Source: Felis catus (taxonomy: Eukaryota). Taken from it: a stretch of 64,000 nt of DNA. Under the pieces are notes generated by a model. It was not told the DNA's origin, did no database searches, and worked only from the letters and a program-made list of their open reading frames with translations. This document shows, piece after piece, positions 11,986 to 24,021 of the stretch. The stretch is from the NCBI RefSeq assembly GCF_018350175.1, contig NC_058373.1:108874001-108938000 (forward strand), given 5' to 3'. The position numbers were made by a program, and so were the translations under genes. The number at the start of each line of letters is the position of its first letter. The first letter of the stretch is position 1.

Positions 11986-14633
11986 AATATCCATGTGTTT
12001 AGCAGATGGATAATCCATCTGTGTTTAGCAGATGGATAAACACATGAATATCCATGTGTTTAGCAGAAGTTAAGGCTATAAGGTGTATTTTGAGGTAAAA
12101 GATTTTAGAGATCCAGTAGTTTGAAATTCTGAGAATAAATTTGATCAGCCTGTCAATGTTTCATGAGAGAAGATGGCCTAGTAAGCATTAATATTTAAGA
12201 GAGTTTGCCAAAACAAGAAAAAATAAAGACAGTAGAAATGTGAGAAAAGTAACCTTCTAATCTCATTAAATTGTGTGATTATGGGTTGCCCCATTCTTGA
12301 CAATAGGTAGAGATTTGGTTTTGCTTTTGTTTTTGTTTTTTTCAATGTGTGCACTAGTCCAATATTAGGTTGTCTAATTTTCAAGTTAACCACTTGCTGC
12401 AAAGCACACTAAAAATCCTTAGGATGGAGTGAAGCATTTGACTACTTGTTTCTAGAAGTTTCTTGTAGTCGCTTGCTGTCTTTCATAATTTGTCCCACCT
12501 GATAATTTAACTTCACAATTCCTGTCAGATGGACCTTCAACTGATGAAGTGGAATGTTAAGAAGAGCAGTGCAGTGCCAGGTACCCGTATTTACTTAACG
12601 AGTGTCTGAAAGAGAAAACATTTGTGTGGTACATTCTCAAGTCTCACAGGTAGCATGAAAATGATACCACTAAAGCTGTTATAGAGCAAAACAGAAATAC
12701 AGTCATTTGAAGTACTTAAGTTAGACATCTTTCTCTTTAAGATCATAAGGAGGGTTATTAAATGTAACACCCTCCACATTACAACCAGCAAAGGATTAGA
12801 AAAGTGAACAACATTGTTATAGTTAATCACTTGAAACAAACATCTGAGTTCCCTTGGTATTTAAGAGCTACATATTATACTGTACTGTACCAGCTATTAT
12901 CACACTTAATTTGGAAAGGTAGTTAAGCCGAATAACAACTCCTAATCAGCACTATTTCTGTAAGAGCAGTGCCCTATCTCTCCTCCCTTAGATGATGCAC
13001 ACTTTAATAAGAGAAACCAATAGAGTGTGTAACACATTGTTTTGCAAAGAACCTGATACTGCCAAAAGCAATAAGCAGTGTGTTACCTAACTCTAATGCC
13101 TGTTTTCCAGCAAGGTATTTGGGCTAAAATGAAAAACTTATTCAGAACAATCACTTGTGATATTGCTAAGCCTTTATTCCTATACAGATAAAAGAAGAAA
13201 CTATTAATGATGTTTAAATGAGATAGGGGTGTGGAGAAAAGCATTTTCTACCATTTTTAAAAGTCAGTACTAATCTAAGATCTTTGCAAGGCACACGGAC
13301 CTAAACACTTAACAACTAAATTTTCCACTAAATGTATGGATAGAGTTACTGTCAGTCAAAAGTTTTCATATTTCACCTGCCTGATATATCCAAGTTGAAA
13401 CATTTCTAGTGCTGTGTTGACTGAGTTGTTTGACTTAAAGGAGTGTAAACAACTTTCAAGACAGGTCAACTAACTGCAATTTACAAAGCATTCAATTTTC
13501 ATCTTACTTTAAAACAGAATGCTACTACTGCTATTAACCTCATACTGTGTTCACTGACAGTAGTTCCACAACCTTCTGATAAGTTTCATTGGGACTAGCG
13601 TACTTTGTTCCTGCTTTAACTCTACTGACATAATTTTAACTGTACATCCACAGGACATTCATTTGAGCTTTGAAATTACTTTCAAAAAATATAAATAAAT
13701 TGAAGGACAATACGTGAAAGTCAGTTTGAAAAGCAGTTAAATACTGAGCAGTGCCAAATATCAGGACATTTTCTTACCTAAACTGGCACTCAGTTGATGT
13801 CTACAGCTTCAGATTCCAAGGTATGACTTAGATATGTGGTTCCTTTGGGTCATCAGATTGCTCACACAGGTACTTAGCTAGCTATCCTATTCTTCCTTCT
13901 TCACTTGTGAAAGTTGGTCCTGACTGGACTCTAAACCAGTAGGAACCTGGACATTTGCCTTTAGGCTACAGCTGGAGGATTCCTATAGGTTCCAGGCCTC
14001 CATTGCTCAGCTCCATGATTCTTTTATAATTTAAAAGACCCCCAAACAATAAGGTAACTCAGAAATCCTCAGAGCCACAATTTCATTATCCACATCTCTT
14101 CATTCAAGTGAGAAAGTGCAGGTTTCCTATTGTGAAGATTGTATTTAATCTTAACTGGATTTAGCGTTATTTTTGTAAACAGACTAACCCACTCTAAAGT
14201 CTAAATAAATCCTTGAGTCCAATTAATTTTTTGGTTAGCCTGACTGAGGATTTTCTCCTTGAAGTACAAAATTGGAAAGCCTACGAGATAGTCCATGTGG
14301 CTTATTTTCATTGAATAGTTGAAAGATATACTGCTAACAATAAATGAACCAAATGCCTATGTTTTAGACATTCAGGTTCCTTCTCAACTCCCTTCAACCT
14401 CTAGAAGGTCAGAGACACTGCTTAAGATATAGGAACAGAGCTCTGATATAGGGAGGGAAAAGAGATGGTATTCTCAGTTAGTACATCCCTTAGAAATGCT
14501 GGCACTAAGCCTGAGTAAGCACCAAGATGACTAGATGATAGGCAATGGGATGATTTATGAGTTATCTGAAATATCTGAAGCATGGGAAGGATGAGGTGTG
14601 TTTTGTGCCCATCTCAGCCTATCAAAAATTGTG

Positions 14634-15211
14634 TGTGGCTAGAGTGACCCTTGTGGTTCTTATTATGGTTGCAAGACACCCTCAGGAATAACCATCAGGA
14701 AACTTTGGGGGGAAAAAGGGGGTTTATCACTTACATTACCTAGGAGCTTCACAGCACATGTGGGACCACACAGCAAGATCATGGGCCGAGAGGGAGAGAG
14801 TGGGTCTATAGTTCCTCATTTATTAGAGTTATGGGGAGGGGAGGGCTCTAGGGCTTCACAGTTTCCCTCTTTATTGGGTGAATTTAAAACATAAGAGTGG
14901 GAATTTAAAGTGTAGGAAGAGAAGAACACGCAGCCCAAATTGTCATTGATCAAAATCAACCAATATCTCTAAAACAAAGGAAGTCCTTGGGGTGGAGGTG
15001 GCAGAGGCCACCCAGCTCTTTGTCTAGTGTGACTGGGTAATTTTGAGTGGATACCATTCTGATGCCTGGGCAATCAAAGCTTAAGTCAGGCACTTGCATG
15101 AAGGAAGGAAGGAAGGAAGGAAGGAAGGAAGGAAGGAAGGAAGGAAGGAAGGAAGGAAGGAAGGAAGGAAGGAAGGAAGGAAAAATATAAGCTCTTAGGG
15201 CTTACACTACA
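14634..15211 (-). mobile_element. ERVL-class solo LTR (MER76-like)
   Basis: Minus strand begins TGTAGTGTAAGCCC and contains 'gcaagtgcctgacttaagctttgattgcccaggc'; family name from recall. Confidence 0.55.
15100..15182. repeat. (GAAG)n tetranucleotide microsatellite
   Basis: About 20 perfect GAAG units. Confidence 0.98.
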
Positions 15212-18200
15212 AGGTCAAACTCAAAGCTAAAATGAGAGGAGTTGAAAATCATAGGGCAAGACTGAGGAAGAAGTAGTAAATCTGATTTAGGCACAGAAGT
15301 TTCAGTGCACTAATTCAGAATCCCACAGAGGGTTCAGTACCCTGGATAACTCTCTTAGAGGTAAATCCCTCAGAATACATTCTGACTCTGCCAGAGTACT
15401 TTAAATTTAGTTCCAGCTATCAAATGGCCTTCATCTTCTTTATGAAACTGATTGTTAAAGGAATCTGGCCTTGTTTTGATACAATTCACTTTCATGGAGG
15501 TGGGATATAGGTTCTATTTCAACAAACATTTTTGGTCCTTGGCACCCTCCATGTCCTATGGAATCATGGAAGTAAATCAAAATAGCTTCTGTTGTGGGGG
15601 AATAGTCTATCCTACTCATTAGTGGTTGATGCTGTGGAGACGTCTTTCTCCGTGTCTAGGACCGGGCATCTAGCCAAGTCTGGAACTCTGGCAATTCTCT
15701 TGTTAAGCATGGATTATGTGGCCATGTTATTGAAGGTCCACATTTATTACTCAGAATTTCATTGTCACTACTTGTTATAGCTTGGTCTTTGGGAAAGTTA
15801 AGGTTGCCTCAATACTTTAATCAGTTCTAACACAGGCACTTCAATGGACAGCTGTGGTGAGTGCTCAAAGAAAATGCCTGTAGGACAGAAAACAGGCGAC
15901 TCATTGCAGGGAATATAGATTATAGACGTGCATGGAACATTGTGTGCTTAAATCTTTTCAGTGGCAGATGATTGAGATATGGGGGTTCTTGGAAAATATT
16001 TGAAACAGCCACCAAAGCACTAGGACAGCCTTAGTCTTGCTGTATGGGTAGGTCACATCAGTTCTACTGAATTCAGAGTAAGAAAGTTTCTAAAAGATTA
16101 GCCTGCAAGGTAAGCAGGTTTTTTTGTTGTTGTAGCAGCTGAAAGATTCTTACACCTTTGCCCTACTTGGTATCATCATTCTAGAGGGGATTGCTCCTTT
16201 TAAGTAAGGCTTTAAGTGGACCATGTTTGACAGCATGAAAGGCATAAGGTGCAGTGGGTACTGCAAAGAAAAGTATGTTCAGATCAAGTTGGATGATTAC
16301 TATTGAAGTAGAATGAGATATATAGCAAAAGGAGTAGACACATTTGAATCTGCCTCTTTTCCATTTTCTCTTAAGATTCTGACATTTCGTTCTCTCCTCA
16401 AAGCCTAATGGCCTTATAAAACAGGGACATATTGTTCCTTTTGTTTCTAAGCACTTCAGAATGCCTCTCTGGAAGTCTGAAGTTGTATAGTCTTGGGATC
16501 AGTATGCACATGCAAATTTGTAGGCAAAGGTGAAGAGAATTTGGGTTTTTCCTCTGTAAAAAAAATGTGGCAAAGTTGGGATTTTAAGTAATCAACTAGG
16601 AAACTCAGTAATCTAGCCACAGTTGATTTGTCAAAGTTATAATTATTAAAGGACGTACCAGCTCTTAGGTAAGTACCAGAAGGCTCCCTTGTCTCTTTTG
16701 TTAGCTGGGGTTCCAAAATGATGCAAATAGAGGAAGAATTAGAAGAGGCTAGAAGAGAGAATGTAATGTTGTGCCTAATCATCTTTGTAAAAGTATTTTT
16801 TTAGGATATTACTCTTTTCTCACAGTGTCAGGAATTTCATAATCCAGACTGGCATCTCTCTTAAATTATTCTAAGGCCTTAACAAATTTAAAGAGTTGCA
16901 ACTGCTTAGAAAAGAAGTTCTGACACCCCTAACCAAATAGTTAAATAGTGAAACATCTGGAGGTACATATCTGACAGTTGTATAGCCCAGCTTCTACCAC
17001 CATTTGGTCAGGGGGAGGTGATGTAAGAAATAATTAAGAAATAGATGAGAATGATTGTGAAGCAAATAACTTCAAAAAGTACTTCTAAATGGGTAACTTT
17101 CCGCTTGAGAACTATGAAACCAGTATTTTTCCTATTTCTGTCAAGAATCCAGGAGGGTTTATGAATCCCTCCCAATGCATGACAGAAAAAAAGAAAAGAA
17201 ACATTGTAGCAAATAGAAGAGAGCCTTATAACCTGAAGCTGATGCATTTGTTCAAACCTGCATATTATCAAACAGAAATGTAGTTAGAGATCTTTAAATA
17301 ATTTGTCTTTAAAAAGTCTAAACTTTAAGCACTTGTATGCAATCTTAATGTTGATATGTATTTTCCAGTGCAAGGAAGTTATGAATCTGATTTGGACTTT
17401 TGTGGATAGAGCGCAAGATAGATACCAGAATAAGGGTAATGAGGAACAAAGTAATTTCCCTTACCCAGTCGATATGCAGGGATTCATCAATGCAGTAGTG
17501 AAGAGAAATTTGCGGCTAGCTCAGAATTCCCAAATTGTATATATATCATAGTTGTATTAGTCTGTGTATACATGAAGAGAAATTTGCTTATGTTCTTTAT
17601 TTATGTGTTCATGATTGATTCTACCATGAGTTTAGTTTTTCCTAACAACACTTTTGTGTTTATAAAGCCCTACGTTAAAACACAGCTCTTTAAGTAAAGT
17701 CTCAATTGTATATATTATTGAAAATACTATTGCTCAGAATTGACAAACAAAATAAGCATGTCCACTTGCAAAATGATAAAACTCACACACATTCACAGGG
17801 GATATGTGATGGTTAGTGAGCTAATTAGGCACAAAGAATTATAATATATAAGCTCTCGATCCTATGGAAACCTTGAAGTGAAAAAGAAGCCACAATTCCT
17901 GAAAGAACAGCATCACTTACAAGGCATGAACTAAAGCACCTTCTGTGTGACATAAAATGAGGCAGTTATACTCACTGGGCATTACCCTTTCATGTACCAG
18001 CCTCTTTCCTATTTCTATATTACTTGAGTAAGTTCCTTAGTATGGGATTAGATAAATAAATCTAGAACCTTACACTGTAAAAATCATGTATTTATATAGA
18101 AAAATCTCTTACCATGAAAGTAACTCAAACCATGGCGATAAGCAAAAATGCATACTGTTAAACTTTTGAAGCTTTTTTTAAACCGTATAAACAGGAGGGC

Positions 18201-19067
18201 CCCTTAAGATACAGTCTTGCTCAAGTCTCTCTCTTAAGGTTGCCTAATTTTTTCTCCTGTCTTGATCACCAGTCTTTCTCAGAACAAACTCCTTTGTTTT
18301 ATTCCAGCAGATCAGGCCTTAAAGCAATGTCTATCATGAAGTGTAGGGTCAAGACGTTGAGTGGTTGTTTACTGAATGGTAAGTTAGATACAGCAGAGTC
18401 ATCCAGAGCTCACTTTGTACTTTGGGAGACTGGGATACAGAGGAAAATTATAATTAGGAACATATCCAAAGGAGATACTAAAAGCTCTACATATTACAAT
18501 GTGTTTCTCAAGGAAAGACAGTTTTTGACCTTGAGTAGCAGCCTTGCCTAGAATAGGCATGAAAGCCAGACAGCACTGAAAATGGAGTCTTGTGGCCCCT
18601 TTGCTCAGGTCTAAAAGCCTGAGCCAGCATCATTCATGCCACACACTTACTTCTCAGATACCTAAACAAAAATGACAGGTCTAATTTTATTATCCTTACT
18701 CCAGCAAAATACCCACTGTCATCTGTAAGGACAATATGATCAAGTCCCTTGGCTATAGAATGCATTTCCTCAGCCATAATATCCCTAAGGCTTCTAAATA
18801 AAATGGAAATTCAAACTTTACTTTTAGAAAAAAAATCACTATGTTGCATTTCTAAAAATAAGTTTTGTTCAGAAAGAGCTTTCTGTAATGCTAGAGGGAG
18901 GCATTCTAGCTGACGTTTATAGAAAGTGGCAGTCGAGTCTCCTAATTGATGTACAGTCAACAGTGTGGCATTAACTCTAGTCACAGGTAAAATAAAGGTA
19001 AGATATAGATGATCTGCAGCCCAGGGAGGAAAAACAGAGAGCAGCAGTGATGAAAGTCTGTGGTCTT

Positions 19068-19270
19068 CTGGGCCAGACTCAAATGCCTCCAGGGGCCAGA
19101 CAGGCAATGAGCATTTAGAGCAGTGGATGTCATATAACATGGAGTGTTAGGAACTGTGACGCATCAAGCACACACATCTAGGGGCTGTGTTGGCTCATGA
19201 ACGGTTTGTGGTTCTGTATTTACAATTGGGAGCATAGGAAAGTGGTTTCGCTAATTGGGATTGTTTCCTT
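19068..19270. mobile_element. Possible hAT-Charlie (MER102-like) DNA transposon relic
   Basis: 'actcaaatgcctccaggggccagacagg' resembles a MER102 terminus. Confidence 0.35.
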
Positions 19271-19594
19271 CCTGGGGGGAAAAAATTGGGAACTAAAGAG
19301 AAAAAAACATTCATATTACACAGCTCAACAGTTCTTTGGTTATTTTATGTGATGTAATTCATTAGGTCTTGTTGAGGCAAAGTCAGAAAGGCCTGTTGGT
19401 ATTTTCCCTGGTTTCACCAAAACAAAGGGTCATAATGTTGATGAACAGTTGAAGCCTAAGAGGTGGCCCTGAGATTTACTAAGGAGACCCTGACATCTAC
19501 TGTTCTGTTCTTGTCCTCCCTTTGCTTACTTCTGCATTTTACACACCACAAACACACATGCCATAATCATTTGTAAAGAGCAGGGACAAATTAT

Positions 19595-19700
19595 ATAACT
19601 TTGAGAGAATTACTTTTCCCAGATGAACCTGTTTTCCTATCAGTAAAATAGGAATAAAAGCTTATGCTACCTTCCTTACAAGATTTAGATGGAGAGAAAT
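19595..19700 (+). mobile_element. MIR core fragment
   Basis: 'cctgttttcctatcagtaaaataggaataa' matches the MIR core motif. Confidence 0.55.
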
Positions 19701-19805
19701 TGTTAGATGAAAATAGGGTTTCTAAAAGTAAAATAACTGCATATTAAAGTGACACTTACTTATAATTATGAGACAATGATGATTCCTTACAATTAACTAA
19801 ATTTT

Positions 19806-20025
19806 TTTTTAAATTTTTTTTTCAACGTTTATTTATTTTTGGGACAGAGAGAGACAGAGCATGAATGGGGGAGGGGCAGAGAGAGAGGGAGACACAGAAT
19901 CGGAAACAGGCTCCAGGCTCCGAGCCATCAGCCCAGAGCCTGATGCGGGGCTCGAACTCACGGACCGCGAGATCGTGACCTGGCTGAAGTCGGGCGCTTA
20001 ATCGACTGCGCCACCCAGGTGCCCC
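19806..20025 (-). mobile_element. Young SINEC_Fc-like SINE
   Basis: CpG-rich near-consensus copy; TSD aactaaatttt at 19795-19805 and 20026-20036. Confidence 0.98.
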
Positions 20026-21667
20026 AACTAAATTTTAATTTTAACCGGCCTCTTATTCAACAATTTATATATGTGCTCTGTCTCCTTCTAAAATTTGGAA
20101 TAATACCATATACATTTTTCTATAAGAGTAACATATATATGAATACATATAAATGATGAAAATATTTCCTGCTCTGAAAATTCTCATGTAGATGTGGAAA
20201 ACTATGTGAATAAGTAGTTGCATCTGTCATTCTTTACAATCACTATTATTGAGACCACCGCTATGTGAAATGCAGCAAAAATCATCCATTATATATCATT
20301 CCCAGCCCAGAGAAGCATTGCTAAAACATTGTAAAATACCATCTTGGTAAAAAAAAAAAAAAAAAAAAAAAATCCTACTGCTAAAATTGAGGCAGAAGAT
20401 TTTTACGCACCAAAAAAATAATAACACATATTCTTTCATAAATTATAAGACCTAAATTGAAAGAATACTTTGGAGATAAAATAAGTATAATTAAGATCAC
20501 AGGACTGTGCTTTTCTATAACCGAAAAAATAAAACCTTTTCTGTTTGAAACCGTACCAGGAAAATGTATGATTTTTGTGTCATTAAGAGAATACTTTCAT
20601 GGAATAGGACCATTTTGCCCTAATCAAAATGGTCAAACATTAGAAAAGAGTTGAAAATAATATCTTTATTTACCCCTTGGAAACTTAAAGGTCAAACCTT
20701 ATTCAGTTGGAAGAAGCTTTTCCTTTCCTTGAAACAAAGTCCTTCTGTATGATGATTTGTTTTATATCATTTGATACACCAAAAAACAATGGAAGACATA
20801 AACGAAACACGGAAGACTTAACTAACTGATACCTTTCAAGAATACTTGAGAAACCCTCAGAAGAATACTGCTACATCCAACCTGAAAAGCTATCTGGTAA
20901 TCAAGACACACTTGGTAGCAGCTGCATTGTTTAATGTCATAGGTCAGAAATGTCCCATAACTATAGCGTTTCACTCATGTATTCACTAAACCAATACCTA
21001 TTGAGTATCCACTGTGTACCAGTACTAGGAATGTATCTGCAAATAACATCCCTGCTCTCTTGGAAATATCCAGTGCAAGAAGCAGGAAGTTGGCCAGGAA
21101 GATGCTCTGATAATGTGCTACTTGACCTGAGACCTGAAGGAAATAATGGAATGAACCAGCCATTTCAGAGTGTTCCAGGCAGAAGGAAGAGAAAGTCACA
21201 GTGGCCAACGATCTGAAGGCAGGAATGTGCTTTCCATGTTTGAAGACAATAAGGAGGCCATTGTAGATGGAGTAGAGAGAAAGGAAAAGTTGTAACCTCT
21301 GTAACATTAGGTCATATAGTCTGTTGAAGATCAAAGTAAAGACTTTTATCCTAATATGAGTGAGATGGGAGACACTGTAGCATTTTAGGCAGAGGAGTGA
21401 CACAATCCAGTTCACGTTTTGAAATTAACAACTCGGAAGTATGTGAAGAGTGTAAAGAGGAGTGTGCACAGAGAGATCACTAGAGGTTCTTGACGTAATG
21501 CAGGTGAGAGGTGATAATGACTTGGATAGCAGGGAAGTAGGTGAAGATAGTGCAACTGCCCGAATTTGCTAGAAGTGTGGGAAAAGTGGTCAAAGATGAT
21601 GGTAAGGCTTTGGCCTCAGCCATCAGAAAGACAAAGTTGCCATTTACTAAGGAGATGGATCTGAAAG

Positions 21668-22248
21668 TGTACACAGAAAGTTAGGTGTCCCCAGAAAAAG
21701 AAAGACAAGACATAGCTTTTGTGATACAAGAGAAGTCATTTTAGGCCTCCAGCTATTTTCTGTGAACTGTGCCCTGACCATCTCTATTTGCCCAAGCACA
21801 CTTCTTACAGAACTTTCTTGGAATTGCAAAGAAATGCAAAAACTTTAGTAGTTAAGGATTTTAAGGGGACAAAGGGAACCCAAAAACTAAGAGTTTCTAC
21901 TAGGCCTGGAAGTAACCTTACCATATCAGAGACAATAAATCAGAGGAGGTTAAACCTCATTAACATAACGTAGAATGTATGTATAGGCATGTTTCCTTAA
22001 GATGCATGTCATATGCAGCCTTAGGCCCATCTGTAAATACAATGACAAAACTCCCCTTTCTGAATATTCATCTTAACCATCAGTGAAAGAAACTCACTCA
22101 CCCCTGCTTAGAGAGCCACAACTTTGGAGGTTTTTCCCTGTGATCTCCTTATTTGCTGCAATTAAAGTTTCCTTTGTGTGACAACTCCACCTGGTGTAGT
22201 CTCTATCTGTAACTCACCAAGGGGCAAACTCAAGTTAATTCCTTTACA
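21668..22248 (+). mobile_element. Solo LTR (ERV1-like)
   Basis: TG...CA termini, 'attaaa' poly(A)-like signal near 22161, flanks aaag/aaat; cleanly interrupts the L2. Confidence 0.75.
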
Positions 22249-22612
22249 AAATTTGCAGATTCAGGCACTGAGGGGAATTAAGAGTTCAGTTTTGGAAGTA
22301 TTAAGTTTGAGATACGTTTTCCACATGTAAATTTTAGAAGGCTAGAGATAAAAATTAGGAGTTAGTGTTTAAAGATACATAAGACTATGAGACTTGATGA
22401 GATCACCTGCAGAGTACAGAGAGATACAAGGACATGTCCTACCACTAAGCCCCAGGACACAGTAACATTTAGAAATTGGGAACATGAGGATGACTCTGCA
22501 AAGGATAGTAAGAAGGAGTAACTTAGTCAAGGAAAACCAAGAGAATTGTATCCTGGGAGCCAGAGGAAAAGGTGTTTCAAAGAAAATGAATAGTCCTTTC
22601 TACCAAAGTAGT

Positions 22613-22861
22613 CATGCATTGTTGGTGGGAATGCAAACTGGTTCAGCTACTCTGGAAAACAGTATGTAGGTTCCTCAAAAAGTTAAAAGTAGAACTACCC
22701 TATGATTCAGGAGTTGCACTACTAGGTATTTGCCCAAATAATACAAAAATACTATCTCAAAAAGATACATGCACCCCAATTTTTATAGCAGCATTATTTG
22801 CAATAGCCAAACTATAGGAACACCCCAACTGTCCATCAACTGATGAATAAAGAAGTTGTGG

Positions 22862-22912
<51 letters not shown>

Positions 22913-23302
22913 AATATTACTCAGCCATAAAAAAGAATGAAATCTTGTCATTTGCAATGATGTGGATGGAACTAGAGAGCATTATACTAAGCAAAATAAG
23001 TCAGAGAAAGACAAATACCGTATGATTTCACTCATGTGTGGAATTTGACAAAACAAAACAAATGAACAAAGGGGGAAAAAGAGAGGCAAACCAAGAAACA
23101 GACTCTTAACTACAGAGAACAAACTGACAGTTACCAAGGGGAGGTGGGTGGGGGATGGGTGAAATAGGTGATGGGAATTAAGGAGGGCACTTGTGATGAG
23201 CACTGTGTGAGGTATGGAAGTGTCGAATCACTCAATTATACCCCTGAAACTAATACTACACTGTATGTTAACTAACTGGAATTTAAATAAAAACTTTAAA
23301 AA
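22613..23302 (+). mobile_element. 5'-truncated carnivore L1 3' end with internal (TA)n
   Basis: ORF2 C-terminal remnant 'HCWWECKLVQLLWKTV', 3'UTR 'gggaattaaggagggcacttgtgatgagcac', 'gaatttaaataaaaa'. Confidence 0.95.
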
Positions 23303-23467
23303 TTTAGTAATCAACTGTTAAGTACAACTGATTAGTTAAGTAATGAAACCTGAGAGACCATTGGCTTTTTGCAGTGTGCAGCCCTTTGGAAACTTTGAGT
23401 AGAGTACTTTTGAGGAAGAGATAGGAAGAAAACCTGATAAAGAGTGAAATCAAGAGAGAATGAATAT

Positions 23468-24020
23468 CACTTCCAGCCAAATGGAAAATTTACCATCCCA
23501 CTTGAAACAGTCAAAGGAGAAAAAAAAAACAGACAAAATATGAATTAATGGTTCTTAAGACACTAAATACCAGGCAATACAGGGCAGTGATGCCTAAGAC
23601 ATGAGAACAAATAGGTTAGCCCTATAAATGATCCAGTTTACTGTCTTGAGACAGTTTCCCAATCATAGTACTACAAGAAGGAACCAGCATAGAGCCTAAT
23701 GGAATTGGAATGAGACTGGGAGTCCAGGAAACTGAAAAAGCTACAGTTCGCAGGAGGGAGCAACACAAGGAACTTCAAAAATCTTCGTTATATTGCCATC
23801 ACTTTTTCACCTGAGCCTTGATGAAACTATGCATGTAAGTAAGTTACCTGAGACTGGGGAAAGAATCAACTGAAAGGATTGCAGGGAATAGTATGTGCCA
23901 CTCACACGGGACAGGAATAGTGACCCTTCCCATCTGCCAAATTAGCTCCCACATGTCACAGGGCTTTGGGTAATCAGAAGTGTCTTGCCTCAGTGCTGTG
24001 GGTCCAACCTAACAAATCTG
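23468..24020 (+). mobile_element. Old L1 5'-end fragment (L1MC/MD-like), host of the PTP4A1 retrocopy
   Basis: 'acttccagccaaatgg...tttaccatcccacttgaaaca...cagtttactgtcttgagacagtttccc...cctaacaaatct' resembles L1M 5' consensus. Confidence 0.65.
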
Positions 24021-24021
24021 T

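Larger units (their letters stand above)
20980..23465 (-). mobile_element. Long L2 element split by an LTR and an L1 insertion
   Basis: Antisense L2 motifs 'attcactaaaccaatacctattgagtatccactgtgtaccag', 'gttccaggcagaagg', 'gagttcagttttggaagtattaagtttgag', 'gagacttgatgagatcacct' resume after each insert. Confidence 0.8.

Noticed and set aside
11985..12067. CRISPR-like repeat-spacer appearance
   Set aside because: Eukaryotic context, only 2-3 partial copies, and the spacers derive from the repeat itself.
15962..16109. Plus-strand exon-like segment (cttttcag| ... AAG|gtaagc)
   Set aside because: All three frames are closed; such splice-like pairs are common by chance.
20975..21415. 146-aa ORF
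   Set aside because: Lies in a decayed L2 element and has no recognisable protein features.
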